From Eledone cirrhosa (lineage: Eukaryota), in assembly GCA_964016885.1 (NCBI GenBank), contig OZ024748.1, positions 31,062,001-31,126,000 of the forward strand: a stretch of 64,000 nucleotides of DNA, written 5' to 3'. Positions within the stretch are counted from its first letter, which is position 1. Every line of letters begins with the position of its first letter. The notes beneath the pieces were generated by a model, which saw only the letters and a list, made by a program, of their open reading frames with translations, did not search any database and was not told the DNA's origin. The position numbers were made by a program, and so were the translations under genes. Below are positions 26,509 to 39,500 of this stretch, in pieces.

Positions 26509-29500
26509 CGTCTAATGCTTTGGGTTGTGATTTAAGTCTAAGACTAAGGCCTGGGGTTGAGGTTTAAATCTAAGTCTAAGGCTTAGGGTTGGGGTTTAAA
26601 TTTAATTCTAAAGCTAGGAGTTGGGGCTCAAGTCTAAGACTAAATCTATGTCTATGGCTTGGTGTTTAAGTCTATGGCTTGGTGTTGGGGTTCAAGTCTC
26701 AGTCTAAGGCTTTGGGTTGAGGTTTAAGTCTATGTCTGAGGCTTGGGTTGTGGTTTAAGTCTAAGTCTAAGGCTTGGGGTTAGGGTTTAAGTTTAAGTCT
26801 AAGGCTTGGGGTTAGGGTTTAAGTTTAAGTCTAAAGCTTCGGTTTGGGTTTTAAGTCTAATTCTAAGGCTTTGGGTAGAGGTTTAAGTCTACGACTAAGG
26901 CTTGCGCTTGATCTTCAAGTCTAACTCTAAGGCTTGGGTTTGGGGTGTAAGTCTAAGTCTAAGGCTTGTGGTTGGGGTTTAAATCTATGTCTAAGGCTAG
27001 GGGTTTAAGTCTATGTCTAAAGCTTAATGTTGGGGATTAAGTCTATGTCTAAGGTTGGGGTTGGGGTTTAATTTTACTTCTAAGGCTTTGGGTTTAGATT
27101 TAAGTCTAAGCCTAAGGCTTGTGGTTGGGTTTTAAATCTAAGTCTAAGGCTTTGGGTTGGCGTTTAAGTCTAAGTCTAAGGCTTGGTGTTGGGGATTATG
27201 TCTATGACTGAGGCTTTGGGTTGTGGTTTAAGTCTAAGTCTAATGCATGTGGTTGGGATTTAAGTTTACGGGTTGGGCTAAGGCTTGGGGTTAGGTTTTA
27301 AGTGTAAGGTTTGTTAGGGTTTAATTCTAAGGCTTGGGGTTGGGGTTTATGTCTAAGACTTGTGGTTATGGTTTAATTCTGAGGCTTGTGGTTGGAGTTT
27401 AATTCTAAGTCTAAGGCTCTGGTTTGATGTTAGTGCCTACGTCTAAGGCCTAAGGTTGGGGTTTAAGTCTAAGTCTAAATCTTGGAGTTGGGGACTAAGT
27501 CTAAGTCTAAGGCTTTAAGCTGGGGTTTAAGTCTAAGTCTAAGTCTTGAAGTTGGGGTTTTAATCTATGTCTATGGCTTGGAGTTTAAGTCTAAGTCTAA
27601 TGCTAGTGGTTGGGGTTTAAATCTAAGTCTAAGTCTTTGGGTTGCGGTTTAAGTCTATGTCTGAGGCTTGGGTTGGGGTTTAAGTCTAAGTCTAAGGCTT
27701 AATGTTGGGGATTAATCTAAGTCTAAGGTTGGGGTTGGGGTTCAAGTCTAAGTCTAAGGCTTGGGGTTTAAGTCTACGTCTAAGGCTTGAGGTTGGGGTT
27801 TAAATCTATGTCTATGGCTTGGGGTTTTAGTCTAAGTCTAAGGCTTATGGTTGGGGTAAGTCTAAGTCTAAGTCTTGGTGTTAGGGTTTAAGTCTAATGC
27901 TTGTGGTTGGAGTTTATGTCAAAGTCTAAAGCTTGGGTTTGGGGTTCAAGTCTATGTCCAAGGCTTGGTGTTGGAGTTTAAGTGTAAGTCCAAGTCTTGG
28001 GGTTCGGGTTTAAGTCTAAGTCTAAGGCTTTGGGTTGGGCTTTACGTTTAAACGTTGGGCTAAGGCTTGGGGTTACCTTTTATGACTAAGGCTTGTTGTT
28101 AGGTTTTAATTCTAAGTCTAAGGTTAGGAGTTGGTGTTTAAGTCAAAGTCTAAGGTTTGGGTTGGGGTTTATGTCTAAGGCTTGTGGTTATGGTTTAATT
28201 CTGAGGCTTGGAGTTGGGGTTTAAGTCTAAGTCTAATGCTAAAATTTGGGGTTTAAGTTTAAGTCTAAGGCTTGGGGTTGGAGTTCAAGTCTAAGTCTAA
28301 GTCTTGGGGTTGGGGTTTAAGTATACGTCTAAGGCTTGAGGTTGGGGTTTAAATCTATGTCTATGGTTTGGGCTTTAAATCTAAGTCTAAGGCTTAAGAT
28401 TGGTGTTTAAGTCTAAGTCTAAGTCTTGTGGTTGATTTTTATGTCGAAGTCTAAACTTGGGGTTGGGTTTTAAGTCTATGTCTAAGGCTTGGGATTGGGA
28501 TTTAAGTCTAAGTCTAATGCTTGTGGTTGGGGTTTATGTCGAAGTCTCAGGCTTGTTGTTGGGGTTTAACTTTAAGTCTAAGGCTAGGATTTGGGGCTCA
28601 TGTCTAAGTCTAAGGCTTGGGGTTGGGATTTTAAACTATGTTTAAGACTTGGGTTGGGGTTTAAGTCTAAGTCTTGAGGTTGGGATTTTAATCTAGGTCT
28701 ATGACTTAGGGTTTATGTCTAAGTCTAAGGCTTTGGGTTTGGGGTTAAGACTAAGTCTAAAACTTGGGGTTGGGGTTTAAGCCTATGTCTAAAGCTTGGG
28801 GTTGGGGTTTAAGTCTAAGGCTTGGGGTTAGCGTTTATGTCTAAGGCTTGGTGTTGGGGTTTAAGTCTAAGTCTAAGTCTAAGTCTTGGGTTTAATTATG
28901 GGTCAAAGGCTTGGGGTTGGGGTTTAAGTCTAAGTCTAATGCTTGTGGTTGGGGTTTAAGTCTAAATCTAAGGCTTGGGGTTGGGGTTTAAGTTTACGGG
29001 TTGGGCCAAGGCTTCGGGTTGTGGTTTAAGTCTATGTATAAGACTTGGGATTGGGGTTTAATTCTAAGTCTAAAGCTTTGGTTTGTGGTTAGTATCTACG
29101 TCTTAGGCTTGACGTCGGGGTTTAAGTCTAAGTCTAAGCCTTGCGGTTGGGTTTTAAGTCTAAGTTTAAGGGTTGGGGTTAGGGTTTAAGTCTAAGGCCT
29201 GGAGTTGGGCTTTAAGTCTAAGTCTAAGGCTTACGGTTGAGGTTTAAGTCGATGTCTAAGGCTTGGGGTTGGGGTTTCAGTCTATGTCTAAGGCTTGGGT
29301 TGGGGTTTAAGTCTATGTCTAAGTCTTGGTGTTGGAGATTAAATCTATGTCTAAGGCTTTGGGTTGTGATTTAAGACTAAGTCTAAGGCCTAGGGTTGAG
29401 GTTTAAATCTAACTCTAAGCCTTGGTGTTGGGGTTTAAGTTTATGTCTAAGGCTAGGAGTTGGGGCTCAAGTCTAAGTCTAAGGTTTGGGTTTGGCGTTT

Positions 29501-32500
29501 AAATCTATGTCTAAGCCTTGGGGTTGGGATTTAAGTGTAAGTCAAATGCTTGGGTTTGGGATTTAAATCTAAGTCTAAGGCTTTGGGTTGAGGTTTAAGT
29601 CTATGTCTAAGGCTCGGGGTTGGGTTTAATTCTAAGTCTAAATGTTCGGTTTGGGGGTTACGTCTAATTCTAGGGCTTTGGGTAGAGGCTTAAGTCTAAG
29701 TCTATGGCTTGTGGTTGGGGTTTAAGTCTAAGGGTTGGTGCTGGGGTTTAAGTCTATGTCTAAGGCTTGGGGTTTTCTAAGGCTATGTCTAAGGCTTGAG
29801 TTTGGGGTTTAAATCTATGTCTATGGCTTGGGATTTTAGGCTAAGTCTAAGGCTTATGGTTGGGGTAAGTCTAAGTCTAAGGCTTGGTGTTAGGTTTTAA
29901 GTCTAAATCTAATGCTTGTCGTTGGGGTTTATGTCGAAGTCTAAGGCTTGTTGTTGTGATTTAAGTCTAAGTGTACGGCTTGAGGTTCAGGTTTAAGTCT
30001 AAATCTAAGGCTTGCGGTTGAGGTTTAAGTCTAAGACTAAGGCTTGGTGTTGGGGTTTAACTTTAAGTCTAAGGCTAGGATTTGGGGCTCATTTCTAAGT
30101 CTAAGGCTTGGGGTTGGGATTTTAAACTATGTTTATGACTTGGGGTTGGGGTTTAAGTCTAAGTCATTGTGTTTGTGTTTAAGTCTAAGGCTGGTGGTTA
30201 TGGTTTAATTCTATTTCTTGGAGTTGGGGATTACGTCTAAGTCTAAAGTTTTGGGTTTGGGTTTAAGTCTTGAGGTTGGGGTTTAAATCTAAGTCTATGA
30301 CTTAGGGTTTATGCCTAAGTCTAAGGCTTTGGGTTTGGGGTTAAGTCTTAGACTTAGAAGTCTATGACTTTGGGTTGGGGTTTAAGTCTAAGTCTAAGGC
30401 TTGTGTTTAGGGTTTAAGTCTAATTCTAAAGCTTCGTTTTGGGGTTCAAGGCTTATCCTTTAAGGCTAATTGGGTAGAGGTTTAATTCTAAGTGTTGGAG
30501 TTGGGATTTAAGTCTATGCTTGGGGATTTGTGTTTAAGCCTATGTCTAAGGCTTGGTGTTGGGGTTTAAGTCTAAGTCTAATGCTAGTGGTTGGGTTTTA
30601 AGTCAAAGTCTAAGGCGTGGGGCTGGGGTTTAAATCTATGTCTAATGTTTGGGGTTGGGTTTAAGACTATCTCTAAGACTTAGCGTTGGGGATTAAATTT
30701 ATGTTTACGTTTTGGGGATTTGGTTTCAGTCTAAGACTTTGGGTTTGTGGTTAAGTCTAAATCTAAGACTTTGGGTTGTGGTTTAAGTTTAAGGCATTGT
30801 GGTTGGTGTTTAAGCCTAAGTCTAAAGCTTGGGGTTGGGGTTTAAGTCTAAGGCTTGGGTTTAAGTCTAAGTCAAAGGCTCCGGGTTGGGGTTTAAGTCT
30901 AAGTCTAAGGCTTGGGGTTGGAGTTTAAGTCTAAATCTAAGGCTTGGGGTTGGTGTTAGATTTTAAGTCTAAGGGTTTAATTCTAAGGCTTGGTGTTGTG
31001 GTTTAAATCTATGTATAAGACTTGGGGTAGGGGTTTAATTCTAAGTCTAAGGCTTAGGTTTGGGGTTAGTTTCTACGTCTAAGGCTTGAGGATGGGCTTT
31101 AAGTCTAAGTTTAAGTCTTGGAGTTGGGGTTTAAGTTTACGTCTAAGGCTAAGGTTTGTGGTGTATGTCTAAGTCTAAGCCTTGAGGTTGGAGTTTAAGT
31201 CTAAGTTTAAGGGTTGGGGTTAAGGTTTAAGTCTAAGTCTAAGGCTTGGGGTTTGTATTTAAGCCTAAGTCTAAGGCTTGGCGTTGGGGTTTAAGTCTAA
31301 GACTAAGGTTAGAGTTTAAGTCTAAGGCTTGGGGTTAGGGTTTAAGTCTAAGATTTGGGTTGAGTTTTAAGTCTACGCCTACGGCTTGAGGTTGGGGTTT
31401 ACGTCTAAGTCTAAGTTTAAGTTTACGTCTGAGGCTTTGGGTTGGGGTTTAAGTCTAAGTCTAAGGCTTTGGGTTCAAGTCTAAGTCTAAGATTTGTGGT
31501 TGGGGTTTAAGTCTAAGTCTAAGGCTTATAGTTGGGGATTAAGTGTAATTCTAAGGCTTAGGGTTTAAATCTGAGGCATGGGTTTAGGGTTTAAGACTAA
31601 GTCTAAGTTTAGGGGTTGGGGTTTATGTTTACGTCTAAGGCTAGGGAGTGTGGTTTAAATCTAAGTCTAATGCTTGGCGTTTGGGTTTAAGTCTAAGGCT
31701 TGTGTTTATGGTTTAATAGAAGGCTTGTAGTTGGGGATTACGTCTAAAACTAAAGATGAAGGTTTGGGTTTAAGTCTAAATCTAATGCTTGGGGTTGGGG
31801 TTTGGTGTATGGGTTTAAGTCTAATTCTAAGGCTTGGTTTTGGGGTTTATGATTAAGTCTAAGACTTGGGGTAGGGTTTAAGTCTAAATCGAAAGCTTGG
31901 GCTTAGGGTGTAAGTGTAAGTCTATGGCTGGGGGTTGGGGTTTATATCTAAGTCTAAGCCCTCGGTTTGGCGTTTATGTCTAAGTCTAAGGCTTGGGGTT
32001 GGGGTTCAAGTCTAAGGCTTGGGGTTCGGGTTTAAGTCTAATTCTAAGTCTTGTGGTTGAGGTTTAAGTCTAAGTCTAAGGGTTCGTGTTAGGGTTTAAT
32101 TCTAAAGCTTGGGGTGGGGATTTAAGTTTAAGTCTAAGGCTAGGTGTTTGGGTTTAAGTCAAATTCTAAGGCTTTGGATTCGGGTTTATGTCTAAATCTG
32201 AGGCTTGGGTTTGGGGTTTAAGTCTAAGTCTAAGACTTGTGGTGGGGTTTAAATCTAAGGGTTAGGATTTAAATCTAAGGCTTGGGGTTGGGGTTTAAGT
32301 CTAGGTCTAAGGCTTGGGTTGGGGTTTAAGTCAAATTCTTAAGGCTTGGGGTTCGGGTTTAAGTCTAAGTCTAAGGCTTGTGGTTGGGGTTTAAGTCTAA
32401 GGCTTGGGTTCGGGTTTAAATCTAAATCTAAGGCTTTTGGTTAGGGTTTAAGTCTAAGGCTAGGATTTGGGGTTTAAGTCTAAGTCAAAGGCTTTTTTAT

Positions 32501-33584
32501 TTTTGGGGGGGCGGTGTGTTTATGTCTAAGTCTAAGGCTTGGGGTTGGCATTTAAGTCTAAGGCTTGGGGTGCGGGTTTAAGTCTAAGTCTAAGGCTTGG
32601 GATTGGGGTTTAAATCTAAGTCTAAAGCATGGATTTCGGGTTTAAGTCTAATTTTAAGGCTTCGTGTTCGGCTTTAAGTCTAAGTCTAAGGCTTGCGGTT
32701 GGTGTTTCAATCTAAGGCTATGTCTAAGGCTTGGTGTTGGGATTTAAGTATATGTCTAAGGCTATAGTTTTGTGTTTAAGTCTAAGTCTAAGGCTTGGGG
32801 TTACGGTTTAAGTCTAAGGCTTGGTGTTGGCTTTAAGTATAAGTCTAATGCTAGTAGTTGAGGTTTAAGTCTAAGTCCATGTTTTGGGGTTGGGGTTTAA
32901 GTCTATGTCTAAGGCTTGGGGTTGGTGTTTAAGTCTAACTCTAAGACTTGGTGTTGGTGTCTACGGCTTGTGGTTATGGTTTAATTCTAAGGCTTGGAGT
33001 TGGGGTTTATGTCTAAATCTAAAACTAGTGGGTGGGGTTTAAGTCTAAGACTAAGAATTGGGTGGGGGTTTAAGTCTAAGTCTAAGGCTTGGGGTTCGGG
33101 TTTAAGTCTACCTCTAAGGCTTGGCGTTGGGGTTTAAGTCTAAGTCTAAGGCTTGTGGTTGGGGTTTAAGTCTAAGGCTTGGGGTTCGGGTTTAAATCTA
33201 AGTCTAAGTCTTGTGGTTGGGATTTAAGTCTAACTCTAAGGCTTGGGATTGTGGTTAAAGTCTAAGTGTAAGGGTTGGTTTAGGATGTAAGTATAAATCT
33301 AATGCTTGGCGTTAGGGTTTATGTCTAAGTCTAAGGCTTGGGTTGGGGTATAAGTCTAAGTCTAAGGCTTGGGGTTGAGGTTCGGGTTTAAGTTTAAGGG
33401 TTGTGGTTAGGATTTAATTTTAAGACTTGGGGTTGGAGTGTAAGTGTAAGTCTAAGGCTTTGGGTTGGGGTTTAAATCTACGTCTAAGGCTTGAGTTTGG
33501 GGTTTAAGTCTAAGTCTTAGTTGGGCTTTAATATTACGTCTAAGGGTAGGGGTTGCGGTTTAAGTCTAAGTCTAAGTCTTAAGT
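26509..33584 (-). repeat. Satellite A, right arm part 2, more degenerate toward its end
   Basis: Same G-rich monomer with more indels and substitutions. Ends at ...TCTAAGTCTTAAGT. Confidence 0.95.
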
Positions 33585-36500
33585 ATTATGTGGTGTAAAT
33601 CAGTGTTGGTGGACATTAGGCGGAGTGAATCAGTGGAGGTGTGGTGGACATTAGGTGGAGTGAATCGATAGTGGTGTGGTGGACATTAGGTGGAGTGAAT
33701 CAGTTGTGGTGAACATTAGGTGGAATGAATCCGTGGTGGTGGACATTAGGTGGAGTGAATCAGTGGTGCTGGACATTAGGTGGAGTAAATCATTGGTGGT
33801 GGATATTAGCTGGATTGAATTGGTAGTGGTAGATATTAGGTAGAGTGACTCAGTGGTGCTGTGTTGGACATTAGGTGGAATGAAGCAGTGGTGGTGTGGT
33901 GGACATCAGGTGGAGTTACTCGGTACTGTTCTGGTGGACATTAGGTGGAGTGAATCAGTGGTGGTGGACATTAGGTGGAGAGAATCAATGGTAGGGGACA
34001 TTAGGTAGAGTGAATCAGTGATGGTGTGGTGGACATTAGGTGGAGTGAATCAGTGGTGCTGGACATTAGGTGGAGTGCATCAGTGGTGTAGACATTAGAT
34101 AGAGTGAATCAGTGGTGGTGTGGTGGACATAAGGTGGAATAAATCAGCAGTGGTGTGGTAGACATTATGTGGTGTAAATCGGTGGTGGTGGAGATTATGT
34201 GGTGTGAATCAGTGTTGCTGGACATTTGGTGTAGTTAATCAGTCGTTGTGGATGTTAGGTGGAGTAAATCAGTGGTGGTGTGGTGGACATCAGGTGGAGT
34301 AAATCGGTGGTGGTGGACATTAGGTGGAGTGAATCCGGGGTTGTGGACATTAGGTGGAGTGAATCAGTGGAGGTGTGGTGGACATTAGGTGGAGTGAATC
34401 GGGAGTGTGTGGGGGACATTAGGTGGAGTGAATCAGTGGTGGTGTGCTGGATATTAGGTTGGGTGAATCAGTGGTGGGGGACATTAGGTGGAATGAATCA
34501 GTTGTGGTGGACATTAGGTGGAATGAATCAGTTGTGGTGGACATTAGGTGGAGTGAATAAGTGGTGGTGGACATTAGATGGAATGAATCAGTGGTGTGAA
34601 TCAGTGGTGGTGTGGTGGACATGAGTAGAGTGAATCGGTGGTGGTGTGGTGGACAGTAGGTAAAGTTAATCATTGGTGGTGGACGTTAGGTAGAGTGAAT
34701 CAGTGGTGGTGGACATTAGGTGGAGTGAATCACTGGTGGTGTGTTGGACATTAGGTGGAGTGAATCAGTGGTGGTGGACGTTAGGTAGAGTGAATCAGTG
34801 GTGGTGGACATTAAGTGGAGTGAATCAGTGGTGGTGGACGTTAGGTAGAGTGAATCAGTGGTGGTGGACATTAAGTGGAGTGAATCAGTGGTGGTGTACA
34901 TCAGGTGGAGTGAATCAGTGGTGGTGGACGTTAGGTAGAGTGAATCAGTGGTGAGTGACATTAGGTGGAGTGAATCAGTGGTGGTGTGTTGGACATTAGG
35001 TGGAGTGAATCAGTGGTGGTGGACGTTAGCTAGATAGAATCAGTGGTTGTGGACATTAGGTGGAGTGAATCAGTGGTGGTGTGTTGGACATTAGGTGGAG
35101 TGAATCAGTGGTGGTGGACATTAGGTGGAGTGAATCAGTGGTGGTGTGGTGGACATTAGGTGGAGTGAATCTGTGGTGGTGTACATTAAGTGGAGTGAAT
35201 CAGTGCTGGTCTGGTGGACATTAGGTGGAGTGAATCAGTGCTGGTGGACATTAGGTAGAGTGAATCAGTGGTGGTGTGTTGGACATTAGGTGGAGTGAAT
35301 CAGTGGTGGTGGACATTAGGTAGAGTGAATCCTTGGTGGTGGACATTTGATGGAGTGAATCTGTGGTGGTGTGTTCGACATTAGGTGGAGTGATTCAGTA
35401 GTGGTGTGGTGGACATTAGGTGGAGTGAATCGGTAGTTGTGTGGTGGACATTAGGTGGAGTGAATCTATGGTGGTGTGGTGGACATTAGGTAGGGTGAAT
35501 CGGTGGTGGGGGACATTAGTTAGTGTTTATCAGTGGTGGTGTGGTGGGCATTCGGTGGAGTGAATCAGTGGTGCTGCACATTAGGTTGAATGAATCAGTG
35601 GTTGTGGACATTAGGTAGAGTGAATCAGTGGCAGTGTGGTGGACATTAGGTGGAGTGAATCATTGGTGGTGGACATTAGGTAGAGTGAATCAGTGGCAGT
35701 GTGGTGGACATTAGGTGGAGTGAATCTGTTGTGGTGGACTTTAAGTGGAGTGAATAAGGGTGTTGTCTTGGACATTAGGCGGAGTGAATCAGTGGTTGTG
35801 TGGTGGACATTAGGTGGAATAAATCAGTGGTGGTGGACATTAGGAGGAGTGAATCAGTTGTGCTGGACATTAGGTGGAGTGAATCAGTGGCAGTGTGGTG
35901 GACATTAGGTGGAGTGAATCTGTTGTGGTGGACATTAAGTGGAGTGAATAAGGGTGGTGTCTTCGACATTAGATAGAGTGAATCAGTGGTGGTCTGGTGG
36001 ACATTAGGTGGAATAAATCTGTGGTGGTGGACATTAGGAGGAGTGAATCTGTGGTGGTGGACATTAAGGGGAATGAATCAGTGGTGGTGTGGTGGACATT
36101 AGGTGGAGTGAATCAGTGGTGGTGTGGTGGACATTAGGTGGAGTGAATCTGTAGTGGTGCACATGAGGTAGAGTGAATTAGTGGTGGTGTGTTGGACATT
36201 AGGTGGTGTGAATCAGTGGTGGTGTGGTGGACAGTAGGTAGATTTAACCATTGGTCCTGGACGTTAGGTAGAGTGAATCAGTGGTGGTGGACATTAGGTG
36301 GAGTGAATCAGTGGTGGTGTGTTGGACATTAGGTGGAGTGAATCAGTGGTGGTTGACGTTAGGTAGAGTGAATCAATTGTGGTGGACGTCAGGTAGAGTG
36401 AATCAGTGGTAGTGGACATTAGGTGGAGAGAATCAGTGGTGGTGTGTTGGACATGAGGTGGAGTGAATCAGTGGTGGTTGACGTTAGGTAGAGTGAATCA

Positions 36501-39500
36501 ATTGTGGTGGACGTCAGGTAGAGTGAATCAGTGGTAGTGGACATTAGGTGGAGAGAATCAGTGGTGGTGTGTTGGACATGAGGTGGAGTGAATCAGTGGT
36601 GGTGGACGTTAGGTAGAGTGAATCAGTGGTGGTGGACATTAGGTGGAGTGAATCAGTGGTGGTGTGGTGGACATTAGGTGGAGTGAATCAGTGCTTGTGT
36701 AGTGGACATTAGGTGGAGTGAATCTGTGGTGGTGGACATTAAATGGAGTGAATCAGTGCTGGTGTGGTGGACATTAGGTGGAGTGAATCAGTGCTGGTGT
36801 GGTGGACATTAGGTGGAGTGAATCTGTAGTGGTGCACATGAGGTAGAGTAAATTAGTGGTGGTGTGTTTGACATTAGGTGGTGTGAATCAGTGGTGGTGT
36901 GGTGGACATTAGGTGGAGTGTATCGGTAGTGGTGGACATTAGGTGGAGAGCATCAATGGTGGTAGATATTAGGTAGAGTGAATCAGGGATGTTGTGGTGG
37001 ACATTAGGTGGAGTGAATACTTGGTGGTGGGACATTTGATGGAGTGAATCAGTGGTGGTGGACATTAGGTGGAGAGAATCAGTGGTGGTGGACATTAAGT
37101 GGAGTGTATCGGCAGTGGTGGTTATTAGGTGGAGAGAATCAATGGTAGGGGACAGTAGGTAGAGCTAATCAGTGATGGTGTGGTGGACATTAGGTGGAGT
37201 GAATCAGTGGTGCTGGACATTAGGTGGAGTGCATCAGTGGTGTAGACATTAGATAGAGTGAATCAGTGGTGGTGTGGTGGACATAAGGTGGAATAAATCA
37301 GCAGTGGTGTGGTAGACATTATGTGGTGTAAATCGGTGGTGGTGGAGATTATGTGGTGTGAATCAGTGTTGCTGGACATTTGGTGTAGTTAATCAGTCGT
37401 TGTGGATGTTAGGTGGAGTAAATCAGTGGTGGTGTGGTGGACATTAGGTGGAGTGAATCGGGAGTGTGTGGGGGACATTAGGTGGAGTGAATCAGTGGTT
37501 GTGTGCTGGATATTAGGTTGGGTGAATCAGTGGTGGGGGACATTAGGTGGAATGAATCAGTTGTGGTGGACATTAGGTGGAGTGAATAAGTGGTGGTGGA
37601 CATTAGATGGAATGAATCAGTGGTCGGGGACATTAGGTGGTGTGAATCAGTGGTGGTGTGGTGGACATGAGTAGAGTGAATCGGTGGTGGTGTGGTGGAC
37701 AGTAGGTAGAGTTAATCATTGGTGGTGGACGTTAGGTCGAGTGAATCAGTGGTGGTGGACATTAGGTGGAGTGAATCACTGGTGGTGTGTTGGACATTAG
37801 GTGGAGTGAATCAGTGGTGGTGGACGTTAGGTAGAGTGAATCAGTGGTGGTGGACATTAAGTGGAGTGAATCAGTGCTGGTGGACGTTAGGTAGAGTGAA
37901 TCAGTGGTGAGTGACATTAGGTGGAGTGAATCAGTGGTGGTGGACGTTAGCTAGATAGAATCAGTGGTTGTGGACATTAGGTGGAGTGAATCAGTGGTGG
38001 TGTGTTGGACATTAGGTGGAGTGAATCAGTGGTGGTGGACATTAAGTGGAGTGAATCAGTGGTGGTGTACATCAGGTGGAGTGAATCAGTGGTGGTGGAC
38101 GTTAGGTAGAGTGAATCAGTGGTGAGTGACATTAGGTGGAGTGAATCAGTGGTGGTGTGTTGGACATTAGGTGGAGTGAATCAGTGGTGGTGGACGTTAG
38201 CTAGATAGAATCAGTGGTTGTGGACATTAGGTGGAGTGAAATCAGTGGTGGTGTGTTGGACATTAGGTGGGGTGAATCAGTGGTGGTGGACATTAGGTGG
38301 AGTGAATCAGTGGTGGTGTGGTGGACATTAGGTGGAGTGAATCTGTGGTAGTGTACATTAAGTGGAGTGAATCAGTGCTGGTCTGGTGGACATTAGGTGG
38401 AGTGAATCAGTGCTGGTGGACATTAGGTAGAGTGAATCAGTGGTGGTGTGTTGGACATTAGGTGGTATGAATCAGTGGTGGTGTGTTGGACATTAGGTGG
38501 AGTGAATCAGTGGTGGTGGACATTAAGTGGAGTGAATCAGTGGTGGTGTACATCAGGTGGAGTGAATCAGTGGTGGTGGACGTTAGGTAGAGTGAATCAG
38601 TGGTGAGTGACATTAGGTGGAGTGAATCAGTGGTGGTGTGTTGGACATTAGGTGGAGTGAATCAGTGGTGGTGGACGTTAGCTAGATAGAATCAGTGGTT
38701 GTGGACATTAGGTGGAGTGAAATCAGTGGTGGTGTGTTGGACATTAGGTGGGGTGAATCAGTGGTGGTGGACATTAGGTGGAGTGAATCAGTGGTGGTGT
38801 GGTGGACATTAGGTGGAGTGAATCTGTGGTAGTGTACATTAAGTGGAGTGAATCAGTGCTGGTCTGGTGGACATTAGGTGGAGTGAATCAGTGCTGGTGG
38901 ACATTAGGTAGAGTGAATCAGTGGTGGTGTGTTGGACATTAGGTGGTATGAATCAGTGGTAGTGTGGTGGACATTAGGTAGAGTGAATCCTTGGTGGTGG
39001 ACATTTGATGGAGTTAATCAGTGGTGGTGGACATTAGGTAGAGTGAATCTGTGGTGGTTCACATTAGGTAGAGTGAATCAGTGGTGGTGGACATTAGGTG
39101 GAGTGTATAGGTGGTGGTATGGTGGACATTAGGTGGCGTAAATCGGTGGTGGTGGACGTTAGATGTAGTGAATCAGTGGTGGTGTGTTCGACATTAGGTG
39201 GAGTGATTCAGTAGTGGTGTGGTGGACATTAGGTGGAGTGCATCAGTGGTAGTGTGGTGGACATTAGGTAGAGTGAATCGGTAGTTGTGTGGTGGACATT
39301 AGGTGGAGTGAATCTATGGTGGTGTGGTGGACATTAGGTAGGGTGAATCGGTGGTGGGGGACATTAGGTTGAATGAATCAGTGGTGGTGGACATTCGGTG
39401 GAGTGAATCAGTGGTGCTGCACATTAGGTTGAATGAATCAGTGGTGGTGGACATTTGGTAGAGTGAATCAGTGGCAGTGTGGTGGACATTAGGTGGAGTG

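Noticed and set aside
18028-29189. ORFs within satellite A
   Set aside because: Chance stop-free runs in tandem repeat DNA.
32491-32520. T/G homopolymer patch interrupting satellite A
   Set aside because: Too short and without TSD or termini. Most likely slippage within a monomer.
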